From NCBI RefSeq assembly GCF_009914755.1, contig NC_060933.1: a stretch of 64,000 nucleotides of DNA. One strand, 5' to 3'. Under the pieces are notes generated by a model. The model worked only from the letters and a program-made list of their open reading frames with translations. It was not told the origin of the DNA and did not search any database. Of this stretch, positions 1 through 11,142 are shown one piece after another. Made by a program: the position numbers and the translations under genes. The DNA is from the human T2T-CHM13v2.0 reference genome, Homo sapiens. Within the stretch, counting starts at the first letter, position 1; every line of letters starts with the position of its first letter.

Positions 1-820
1 GACCAAGGATGGCACAAAATGTTTAAAAGACTGAATATGTGACATAATAAAGCACATTTATGAAACAGTAAATTGCTTTTTGTAAAGGTGGATTATTTGA
101 TGTATCTTGAAGGAGAAATAACAACTGTGAATCAAATATTTATTTATGAAATTGGCAGAGTAAATGATTAAAGTTTTAATGATCAGATTGTCATTTTAGA
201 GTAATTATCATTATACGACAGTGAAGAAAAGTTTGAAGAAGTTAATTTATAGAAAAAGGATGCTATTGTTTTAAATTAATGCACTGGTCTAGCTGTGATT
301 TCATTAAGATGATTTCATAACTGTAACAGTAACAATAGGAATATTGAGGACAAGAATGTTGAGGACAGGAATTAAAGAGAAATTTATTGGTTGAAATAAA
401 TTAGGTTTTTAGATTCTTTATGATTTATGTTTAAGAAGGAATATATAATTTCTAGTCAATATATAATAATGCAAATTTAACACATAAGAAATATTGATAG
501 AAAAAGCATTCTACCTTAAACATATTGCTAGACCATGTGAGAGAGTTCTGTAGAATAGATTCAAGAATGGTGTGGAAAGGGGTGGTACCTCCTGATCAAT
601 TTTCTCCCCTGATGGGGGCAGGTGTGGAGGAAAACTCCTGGGAAATAAAGAAGTCAGGTGTTCTGGTTTAATTTTTCCACAAACATATTAATGCAAGTCT
701 CTTAGAAAATAAACTAAATAGTTTTTGGTAGCCAAAGAATCATTCTTCATAAAATGTTTCTAGCAGACCATGCGGAGTTGTCTAAAATTGCTTATGAAAA
801 ATAAGCCAGGAATCAATAAA

Positions 821-1119
821 TGTAGGGTGATGATTCCCAAGAAAATGCCACGTTAGCTGTGTTGCTATCTAAGTATAAAAGGAGATGGTTTGTAACTGAG
901 AATACACCTGAGTAAGTAAAGCAACTGTACATTTTACTTAGAAACCAAATCTAGAAACTTGGACAAGACCACATTCAATGAAGATGAAAGGACCCAGGTC
1001 TCTCCCCACTTAACCCATACATTGATTATTTTATCTTTGAAATTATTCAGAAAGCATGATACTGAGCAAAATCTTCAATCTGAGTCTGATTTGACAATTC
1101 AATGCTTTTTGTGGGTTCA
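821..1119 (+). repeat. 5' LTR of the class III provirus (family not identified)
   Basis: Starts TG, ends CA just before the PBS. Colinear with ~7753-8085, e.g. ctatctaagtataaaaggagatggtttgtaactgag vs ctatctgcataaaaatagatattttgataattgag, and tgaaattattcagaaagc vs tgaaattactagtaaagc. Confidence 0.6.
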
Positions 1120-1122
1120 GAT

Positions 1123-1140
1123 TGGCACTGAGAGCAGGAT
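1123..1140 (+). promoter_or_regulatory. Primer-binding site, tRNA-Ser(CGA) type
   Basis: TGGCACTGAGAGCAGGAT matches the recalled complement of the tRNA-Ser(CGA) 3' end (TGGCGCTGTGAGCAGGAT) at 16/18; lies 3 nt after the LTR-terminal CA. Confidence 0.7.
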
Positions 1141-3205
1141 TGTCTTTTAGACCCACACACCAAAATAGTGAATGTTTTCTTTTTCTACCTGGGCTCCTTT
1201 TCAAAAGGAAATAATGGAAAAATATGAGAATTTGTTCTCAGGATAGTTGGCTGTACATTTTTGGTATGAGGTAGTGGAATCTTTGAGGCAGGTTAAGGGA
1301 AATAAGTCTTACCATTGAAATCTGGGGGCCATAGACTACAGTCTGGGAGTACGGGTCTAGGGAGTACATGGACAAAGGGAAATTGGGTGCAAATCCCATT
1401 GACTGACTCCTGCTAGCATACCTGTAAAAGCTAACCTTTTAATAGGTTAGTTTTTAATAGGAGGAGATGATAGTGGGAGAAAAAGCTGCGAGATTACATT
1501 TTATTCACTGGAAAACCTTCTTATCCCTCCCTGGTTTCTTGGAGAAATTTCACGTATCCTTAGAAATGACTCAAAATATTGATTATTGGACAAACTATTT
1601 ATGTAACCGGAGTCCAAGGACAGGTGATGAGTGAAAACTATATTTTATTAAAGAACAGAGTATTCACTAACAGAAGACTGGTGAATTAACATTGGCATGG
1701 ATTCTTCAAATTAATGATGGAGGACATGTTGCAATTCTATTATTATCTGATGCAAAGGACTATTCATGGTCATGGCTAATCATTAAATGGCTGTAAACTT
1801 TTGAGAAAACACTTCCAAATACTGTGACAGCATATCGGCTGCAGTTGTTAAGGTGAGATTTGTCAGTCCTATACTGAGAAGGGTAACTGCTACTACTCCT
1901 CTCCAAATTGCCAATTGGATTCTCCTTTTCACATGATAGGAATGATACAAGTGTAAATGTTGACAGGCTTTATATTTTCCAGAGAGAAAACACCTTAGTT
2001 AATGCTATTGATACAAATAATAAGAGATAGAGTGAATGGGATAAGCTAATGATTCTCTGTCTTACAAGACTTATATAACCTTGAGGGCCAAATATATATA
2101 TTCAGAGAACAGTAACAAACATACAGGTTTAGTTACTATACATGGGATTATACGGAGAAAAAGCATTTATATCATGTGCACAACAGGGAGAAATTAAAAA
2201 TCAGAAGAGAAAATAGAAAGGCAGCTCACTTGAATTAATTTACTTTTGAAGAAAATATAAATAGGATTTAAAAAGTAAGCCTTGATAGAATTTTTAATAA
2301 GAAAATAAAAGCACATTATCAACTTTTGAATCAGAGGAGAGGAGTACTGTAGCCCCCACCAATCCCTTAAAGAATCGTAGAAAATTTGCTTTATTTATTG
2401 TGGCTGAAAGAGTTCAAATCCAATTATGAGGATAGTGATATAGAACAGAACATACTTGAACAGGGGGCTGAGTTTACTGCCTTAATTAAAGCCATAGAAT
2501 CTGAAAACAATTAAATAAAGAACTGAGGTCTGTTCATTCCAGCCCCAGTCATGGATCTGAGGCCATATATATAATAATTTGAACAAAGTTACCTGGGGTG
2601 GTATTCAAAGTTTCTTATCATTGGTAGGATGTAGAGCAGAATTTACAGTAGGCCTTATGGAAGGTAGGAAAGAGTCTCATACATGCTCTAAGTGAAATCT
2701 GGAGTGCATGAAGAGAACATCAGGGAGGAAACCAAGGTAAAGATGAAGTTACAGGTTGAAATGTGTGGTTGGAGAGAATATTACCTGCTTGTGCTACCTT
2801 TACGTAAATACAAAATTGCAATTGTCATTCAATATGAATGGGACATTGTCGTCTTTGTGTTTCCACAGAGGATGAAGACTGAGCTCACTCTTCACCAAAT
2901 TTTAATCAGCCATGCCAAATGGGATCCTTTGGAATTGCTCAAGCTCTCCACAGTAGTAAATATTAAGCAATGCAGAATTCCAAGGGCGCAATAAGAGACT
3001 ACTGTTGTAATTAAGAAAATGGTTCAGAAGGAAGTTCCCCTCCCCACATTAACTTCCTTTTTGTAGTTCTAACTGGTCAATAAGTAGGTAGCCCCTGGAC
3101 ATTTACAGTAGAGTATCAAGGTGGTTCATTTGCATGCTTCATCTGTACCTGATATGATGAAGAATGTACAGAAAATAAAGTAGACAAGAGGCTCTGATAT
3201 GTTAT

Positions 3206-3333
3206 CAAGATTAACTACATAATTCATAGAGCTGAGTATAAAATGAAAATGCATGGATACTTACTCAAAAATTATTAAGAATTTCCAGATAGCTACAACA
3301 GAGCATTAAACCAATCTCAGGGGCCTCCTAAGA
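3206..3333 (+). mobile_element. MER91-like hAT-Tip100 MITE fragment inside RT
   Basis: actacataatt...aaaatgaaaatg...ctcaaaaattattaagaattt...cagagcattaaaccaa matches recalled MER91A. Confidence 0.7.
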
Positions 3334-3621
3334 GTTTTTTTTTTTTTTTAATTTCAAGTAGGAAAATTTTAAGCTTTGCAGAATAGAAACAAGTATATGT
3401 TTACTGCCTTATCATGGATTTAAAAAAATTCATTATCACATTTCCATAATCTGGTAAAGAATAACCTAAAAGATAGAGTTCATCTACTACTTTCATGGTA
3501 TGATGATAATTTTCTTCTCAGAGCAAAAATTAGGAGAGGAGTTAAGGACCATAGTCACCCATATTACAAATAGAAGCTGGCTGACAAATCCAGCTAGAAT
3601 TTAAGGCACAGCCCAAGGTGC

Positions 3622-3724
3622 AAATTAATTCCTGGAAATGAGTACAGATCAACTTAGGACATTCCTTAAACTCCAACTAAATCCTGTAAATTAGTGCAGA
3701 TCAACTTAGGACATTCCTTAAACT
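3622..3724. repeat. ~52-bp tandem duplication
   Basis: cagatcaacttaggacattccttaaact occurs twice, 52 bp apart. Confidence 0.9.
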
Positions 3725-3857
3725 GTGAGAAGTAATTTATCTTTCATAGGACCCACCAATAAGCAATAAACTCAGAGACTGTCAAGACTGTTCTAAGAAT
3801 CTTGTCTACCCATACTCACAAAATAACTGGAAAGAGTTCAGAACGTGAATACAGCAT

Positions 3858-4285
3858 TGTAGTACTTTCCTAGGGCTGCTGGAACAAATTACCATAGACT
3901 GGGTAGCTTAAAACAACTGAAATTTATTATTTCACAGTTCTGGAGGCTAGAAGTCTGAAGCCAAGGAGTCAATAGGGTCACGCTTCCTTGAAAAGCCACA
4001 GAAAAAAATCTTTTCTTGCCCCTGCCTAGGTTCTACTCTCTCCTACAAATTTTTGGAGCTTTATTACTTATAGATTTATTACTCCAATTTCTGCTTTCAT
4101 TTTCAATCTCTTCTCCATGTGTCCTCTCTTCTTATAAAAACACCTCCAGTCATTGGAATTAGGACCCTCCTTAATCTAGTAGGAGCTCATCTTAACTAAT
4201 TATATGTGCAAATTTCTAAAGAAGGTCACCTTCTGAGATTCTGAATGAATAATAATTTCAGAAGAGCACTACTTAACTCACTGCA
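3858..4285 (-). mobile_element. MLT1 (B/C-like) MaLR solo LTR
   Basis: agggctgctggaacaaattacca...gcttaaaacaactgaaatttatt...cacagttctggaggctagaagtc; pol motifs resume at 4286. Confidence 0.85.
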
Positions 4286-4542
4286 GGTACTGAACAGAAA
4301 TAAGCATGAAAAGTATTGTGGTAGGTGGTAGCACAGGCAATAACATTAGGCCCTTATGATCCCATCCAACTGGTCAGATGATATTAGGGCATACCCAAAC
4401 TAGAGCCCTTTAGGAAAAGTTAAATGGGACCACCAATTTAGACTCCTCAGGATTTTGACTCAAAATATGCCTGTGGCAGCTGTTTGCTATAATCCATTTG
4501 AAAGACACATGCTGTTGCACTGAATGACACAGCCAGTGTCAA

Positions 4543-4620
4543 CAGGAAGGACCAGCTACATAACTTCTGTAACCCAGTGAAAAATGAAAAGCAAGGCCCC
4601 TTGCTCAAAAATTATTAAGG
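4543..4620 (+). mobile_element. Second MER91-like fragment
   Basis: ccagctacataa...cccagtgaaaaatgaaaa...ggccccttgctcaaaaattattaag. Confidence 0.7.
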
Positions 4621-4775
4621 GTTCATTTAGTGAAACCATTGCGTCCTGAGACTAATATGAGAAATAAATAACAAAATCCACTGTGCCTTACTAATATCAA
4701 GAGGTAGTAATGAGGGAGTGAAGGAGAATGCAATAATATATAACTTTATATCTTTCCCACCTCTAATACTTTTAT

Positions 4776-5300
4776 TTGGCCTCTAATGGCGGTCTCAAAC
4801 CCAGTTTTAAATTTACTTGCACCAGAGGAAGATTATACAATACCCAAGACATGATATTTGTGTCATTTAATTTGACTGTGCCTTTTCCGAAAGGTAATTT
4901 GTGGTGGATCAAAAGTTCCTTCCTATGTAACCAATTAGGGCTAAAGGTGAAGGTAGCTCCATTATCAAGCAGAGGACAGACTTCTGAGGTCCTTTGTCTG
5001 TCACTTATAACATTTGTTTGACAACAAACCCCATGACACAAGTTTACCTGTGTAACAAATCTGCACATGCACCCATGAACTTAAAATAAAAGTTAAACAA
5101 ACAAACAAATAAAACCCAAACATTTGTTTGGGTGTGCTAGTAAGGTTCTTGTTATTGATTGTGCGGGCAAACATTATGCATGATGAGTTATACAGCCTGA
5201 TATTGGGAGGAAGCATTTGGAAATAGGGTAAAATCATAGCAGATGGGAAAGGTGTTTATAAGTAGATTACATTACCGTGGAGGGAAGCCACTACAATATT
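4776..5300 (+). pseudogene. ERV-L-type dUTPase-like domain and pol C-terminal remnant
   Basis: QDMIFVSFNLTVPFPKGNLWWI..LGLKV resembles ERV-L GDTTMIPLNWKLRLPPGHFGLL..KGVTV; GKIIADGKG (5227) and VEGSHY (5277) resemble AEVLAEGKG..VEEGSHQY. Confidence 0.6.
5021..5118 (+). mobile_element. Extremely 5'-truncated L1 3' end (older L1PA-like) with TSD
   Basis: aaaccccatgacacaagtttacctgtgtaacaaatctgcacatgcacccatgaacttaaaataaaagtt plus A-rich tail; TSD aacatttgtttg at 5009-5020 and 5119-5130. Confidence 0.9.
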
Positions 5301-5399
5301 TTCATGCAAACAGCTCAGAGTGAGGATATCATACTTAACTATCTTTTGCTATTGTCATCCAAACAAATGGGCTTTGTTGGTGAAAATCTCTTGGCCTGC

Positions 5400-6400
5400 T
5401 TACTGCAGAAAAGGAAAATTGGACTCCTACTGATTTGGATGTTCTACCTGTATAATTTGAATAAAACAGATGACAAAGTGCCCCCTGACAACTCAGCTTG
5501 TGTGTAGTTGACTACAGTTATCACTCAGTTTCTAGGCTTTGTTTACCATTCTAGATTATTTTTTTCCAGAGAAACTACCAATGAATTGTACAGAGCAGAG
5601 GATGCTGTAGAATAGAATTTCTGCACCCTATATGGCCATAAATCAAAATGATACATTGCTAAGACAGCTCCCTGGTTATGATAGAAAGCAGATAGTGGCT
5701 GCCTGTCTGGTATGTCACAGCTTGATCTGGTCTGTTGCTTTGAACATATCAGTGTGAATGTAAATGGAATTAATTTAAATAATATAAAACTAGAACCTAG
5801 AAAGCCTCAGAGAATGTGATTTTATGTTTGCTTTAATGCTTTAAAATTATAAATAACTCCCTCAAGAGGTACGTAGAGGACATTTAAGGGAAGCCTATGG
5901 CACAGCCAGATAAAACGGTATCTGGTGCTAGGATATACCTAATTGAGAATTTCATGAAGCACATTATTTGTAGGTGTAGACAATGCTTTCAAACCAGACA
6001 CATTTAATTAGCACATAATATGAACTACATGAGTGGCAAGTTAAGCAGCACTGGCCCCTTTGCCAGGCATTTTGAAAGAATTACAGGATTTGGTCATGTG
6101 ATATTAAATCTAATTGAAGTAGTGTTCTAGGAGGCCCATCATTATGATAAAAATGACTTGCTACTTCAAATAGGGACACTAGAGGAAGCTGTTTTTAGAG
6201 GACTCAGTTGTAGCAGGAAATCAGTTTGGTTTAAGACAATGCTTGAACCAAAGACACTGAATAAATAATGACTTCCATGCTTATTAACAACACTAGGATT
6301 AACTTTGTACCTTTAGTCAGGAAGGACTATTGGATATATTAATCACTATGGGATATTATGTCTTTAATGTTGAGTTGCAGGAATTCATAAAGAAACAAGC
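5400..6400 (+). pseudogene. RNase H / integrase remnants of the class III provirus
   Basis: H..GH (5624-5639)...CLVC (5704-5715) zinc finger; D-WSVA (~5724); SG-LGY (5921); VGVDN (5970); WQV..TGP (6034). Confidence 0.55.
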
Positions 6401-6404
6401 TCAA

Positions 6405-6952
<548 letters not shown>

Positions 6953-7752
6953 CTAAGTTATGGCAAGGTTTCACTGAACACTGTGACCTTCAGTGTTGCT
7001 CCCTGACAACCCTGATAATATGGATGAAAAAGAAGTTTATCTCCCGTGTGTGGAATTCATAGAAAGTGGATGAATAAAGAACAATCCTTTGACATATGTA
7101 GGCCATGGGGTGTGGATGGGCTCTTTGACATAATGACCCCTGAAAATTAGTGTTTGTACCAACCTGGAATATACCTAAAATACAGTTCATAGAAACAAAT
7201 TTTTTTCAGAAAATTTGATTTGAGGAGAAAAAATACGTATTCAATTAAATACTCCCATAGGCCCATGGAAAATGATGCAAATAATTGAGGTTGATGGAGG
7301 AAAAAGGTAATTGAGTTTGTGAATGAACATCAAGAGACTTGTAAAGGAAGATGTTAATGAGTAACATGCTTTGTGGAGGGAATTCCTACTCTCTGTTGGA
7401 TGGTTCAAATCAAGGTCAGAGTATTAGTTGGCTTAAGTGAAACACTGCAGAAAATGGTGTAAGCCAATAATGATAATACACCAGCAATATTTGGCACTAA
7501 GATGTTGACCAAGGCCAGAGCAGATTGGGAAGGAAAGGGTCTTTGATTCTTTCTGATTACTGAGATGCCCTGCCAGGATCCACAGAAGGAAGGAAGCCCA
7601 TTTTGCTTATATAAACATACTAATGACAGCTCCTGACAAACAATTTGTTTTTTTGCTAGCAGGAGAGTGATTATCTATCACAGAAATGCTTTTAGCAGAA
7701 TGTACTTGGTCGTTTAGAATTGCTTATGGTTAACAAAGTAGAAGGTTGTGGA

Positions 7753-8085
7753 TTTATGGGGCTCCCTGGAAAATGTCACATATACCACATATGTAACTAT
7801 CTGCATAAAAATAGATATTTGATAATTGAGCCAGGTATCTCCATGTAAATAAATTGTCGGCATACCTCTCTAGAAGTCTCATCTATCTGCCTGGGCAAGG
7901 GAGTACCTAATGACAGAACCAAGGATCTAAAGAATCAGATTAAGAGATCTAAATAATTCTCTGATTTGCCCATGCCTAATGATTACCTGAGTTCATGAAA
8001 TTACTAGTAAAGCTTTATATTTTGTAAGATCTTAGATTCTGATAAGTCTAATGTCACAATCCAATCAGTTTTTCCTATCTCAAGG
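7753..8085 (+). repeat. 3' LTR of the class III provirus
   Basis: Preceded by a degenerate polypurine tract (aaagtagaaggttgtggat); colinear with 821-1119. Confidence 0.6.
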
Positions 8086-8377
8086 AATCATGTCCATATA
8101 ATGGAATTAATCCTGAAACTCTGAAAAGTTTTAATATTCTGGGGTCAGGGTAGATGAGAAGCAGTCTCCATATGACTTATAAACATGTAAGGAAAAATAG
8201 TAAAATTGTTGTAAAATTAAAAGAAGAACAGAAATTCATAAAATAAGCTATAACAATCAGGTTAAACAACAAAAACAAAAAGCAAAGCGTCTATCAGTAA
8301 CATGATTGAATAGAAGAGCCAAGAGAGAGAGTTGTCAGTGGTAAAGGAATAAATATTATCTCATTTGATAGAGTGAT

Positions 8378-10645
8378 TGTATTAGTCCATTTTAACACTG
8401 CTGATAAAGACATACCCATGACTGGACAACTTACAAAAGAAAAAGGTTTATTGGACATACAGTTCCACATGGCTGGGGAGGACTCACAATCATGACAAAA
8501 AGGAGCAAGACACATCTTATGTGGGTGGCAGCAGGCAAAAAAAGAGCTTGTGCAGAGAAAATCCTGTTTTTAACACCACTAGATCTTGTGAGACCCATTC
8601 ACTATTATGAGAACAACATGGGAAAGACCTGCCCCCATGATTCAGTCTTCTCCCATCAGGTCCCTCCCACTACATATAGAAATTATGGGAGCTACAAGAT
8701 GAGATTTGGATGGGGACAGAGAGCCAAACCATATCATTTCACTCCAGCCCCTCCCAAGTTTCATATCTGCATGTTTCAAAACCAGTCATGCCTTCCCAAC
8801 AGTCCCCCAAAATGTCAACTCTTTTTAGCATTAACTCAAAAGTCCACAGTCCAAAGTTTCATCTGAGACAAAGCAAGTCCCTTCCACCTATGAACCTGTA
8901 AAATTAAAATCAAGTTAGTTACTTCCTAGATACAATGGGGTTACAGGGGTACGGGGATTGGGTAAACGCAGCCATTGCAAATGGGAGAAATTGACCAAAA
9001 CAAAGAGGCTACAAGCCCCATGCAATTCTGAAATCCAGAAGGGCAGTCAAATCTAAAGCTCCTTTGACTCCATGTCTCACATCTAGGTCACGCTGAGGCA
9101 AGAGGTGGATACCCATGGTCTTGGGCAGTTCCACCCCTCTGGCTCTGCAGGGTACAGTCTCCCTCCTGGCTGCCTTCATGGGCTGGTGTTAAGTGTCTGC
9201 AGCTTTTCCATGCACACAGTGCAAGCTGTCAGTGGATCTACACTTCTGGGGTCTGGAAGACGGTGGCCCTCTTCTCACAGCTCCACTAGGTGGTGCCCCA
9301 GTAGGGATTCTGTGTGGGGGCTCCCTCCCCACATTTTCCTTCTGCACTGCCCTAGCAGAGGTTCTCCATGAGGACCCCACCCATGTGGCAAACTCCTGCC
9401 TTGGCATTCAGGCGTTTCCATACATCTTCTGAAATCTAGGCAGAGGTTCCCAAACCTCAATTCTTGACTTCTGTGCACTCGTAGGCTCAACACCACATGG
9501 AAGATGCCAAAGCTTGGGGCTTGCACCCTCTGAAGCCATAGCCTGAGCTCTATGTTGTTCCCTTTCAGCCATAGCTAGAGTTGCTGTGATGCAGGGGATG
9601 AAGTCCCTAGGCTGCACACAGCAAAGGAACCCTGGGCCCAGCCCACAAAACCACTTCTTCCTCCTAGGTCTCTGTGCCTGTGATGGGAGAGGCTGAGGTA
9701 AAGACCTTTGGCATGTCCTGGAGACATTTTCCCCATTATCTTATGCAAATGTCTGTAGCTGGCTTGGATTTCTCCTCAGAAAATGGGATTTTCTTTTCTA
9801 TTGCATTGTCAGGCTGCAAATTTTCCAAATTTTTATGCTCTGCTTCCCTTATAAAACTGAATGCCTTCAACAGCACCGAATTCACATTTTAAGTGCTTTC
9901 CTGCTTAGAAATTTCTTCTGCCAGATACCCTAAATCATCTCTCTCAAGTTCAAAGTTCTACAAATCTATAGGGCCGGGCAAAATGCCACCAGTGTCTTTG
10001 CTAAAACGTAGCAAGATTCACCTTTACTCCGGTTCCCAACAAGTTCCTTATCACCAGCTGAGACCACTTCAGCCTGGATTTCATTGTCCATATCACTGTC
10101 AGCATTTTGTTCAAAGCCATTCAGCAAGTCTCTAGGAAGTTCCAAACTTGGCCACATTTTCCTGTCTTCTTCTGAGTCCTCCAAACTGTTCCAACCTCTG
10201 CTTGTTACCCAGTTCCAATCTCGCTTCCATATTTTTGGATATGTTTCCACCAGCACCCCACTCTACTGGTAACAATTTACTGTATTAGTTCATTTTCATG
10301 CTGCTGATAAAAACATACCTGCAACTGGGCAATTTACGAAAGAAAGTGGTTTGTTGGACTTACAGTTCCACATGGCTGGAGAGGCATCATAATCATGGTG
10401 GAAGGCAAGAAGGAGTGAGCTACATCTTACATGGATGGCAGCAGGCAAAAAAGAGATTGTGCGGAGAAACTCCCATTTTTAACACCATCAGATCTCGTGA
10501 GATCCAGTCACTATCACGGGAACAGCATGGGACATACGTGCCCTCATGATTCAGACATCTCCCACTGGATCCTTCCCATAACACGTGGAAATTATGGGAG
10601 CTACAAGATGAGATTTGGGTGAAGACACAGAACCAACCCATATCA
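8378..10645 (-). mobile_element. Complete THE1 (B/C-like) MaLR element: LTR 8378-8736, internal 8737-10280, LTR 10281-10645
   Basis: Two THE1 LTRs, THE1-int sequence, PBS-like ccccactctactggtaac, and exact 5-bp TSD GTGAT (8373-8377, 10646-10650). Confidence 0.97.
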
Positions 10646-10741
10646 GTGATTATTTAAGATTTTTGGCAGAAGCCTAACTGTTCAAGGAAGGTGTGTGATG
10701 GCAAAGAATAAAAGCTACAGATAATGACATGGCATCAGCTT

Positions 10742-11142
10742 GATTGGATCCATATTTTGTGGGATCTACAGCACATTCAATTTGGAGGTCAGGGTTTGGG
10801 GCTCTTTAAGCAAGAATACAAAACTACAAACTCAAAACTGGAAACTCAAATGCAAATGAGGTGGCCGGAAATGTAAGCCTCATAACTTAGGATAAGAGAA
10901 CAAAAGCTGATAAACATTTTCTATAAAGGGCACGATAGTAGATACTTTAGGCTTGCAGGCCATATTATTTGTGTTGTAAATATGCAACTTTGCCTTTGTA
11001 GTGCTTAAGCAGCTGTAGGCAATATGTAAGGGAATGTCTGTGGCTGAGTTCCTATAAAATTTTATTTATAAAAACCTGTGGCAGCCTGGCTTTGTCTCAT
11101 TGGCTATAGTTTGCCTACCCCTGGCTTAATAAATCTGCCTCT
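10742..11142 (+). mobile_element. hAT-Tip100 MITE (Zaphod/MER91/MER115-like) split by MER58A
   Basis: ggatccatattttgtggg...ctctttaagcaagaatacaaaa 5' part and taaatctgcctct 3' end. Confidence 0.55.
10901..11123 (+). mobile_element. MER58A hAT-Charlie MITE
   Basis: ttttctataaagggcacgatagtagatactttaggc...ataaaattttatttataaaaac...tagtttgcctacccctg. Confidence 0.85.

Larger units (their letters stand above)
2554..4530 (+). pseudogene. Degenerate ERV-L-like protease, reverse transcriptase and connection domain
   Basis: DLRPY (2554); FLSLVGCRAEFTV within 2600-2650 (~FRGLLDTGSELTL); AKWDPLEL..VNIKQCRIP (~AKWKPLEL..VNQKQYRIP); WTFTVEY (3096); HNLVKNNL; WLTNPARI; LGPYDP; YNPFERHML (~4488). Many stops and frameshifts. 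Confidence 0.85.

Noticed and set aside
1261-1282. ttggtatgaggtagtgg as an alternative PBS or let-7-like sequence
   Set aside because: Only ~9 nt match let-7 and no hairpin is visible; the PBS at 1123 fits much better
4772-5068. Minus-strand ORF with protease-like LLDNGATFT
   Set aside because: Antisense to the dUTPase-like remnant and starts within an L1 stub; no other protease motifs
8492-10641. Cluster of overlapping 60-124 aa ORFs
   Set aside because: All lie within THE1 LTR/internal sequence; fragmented MaLR remnants, not host genes
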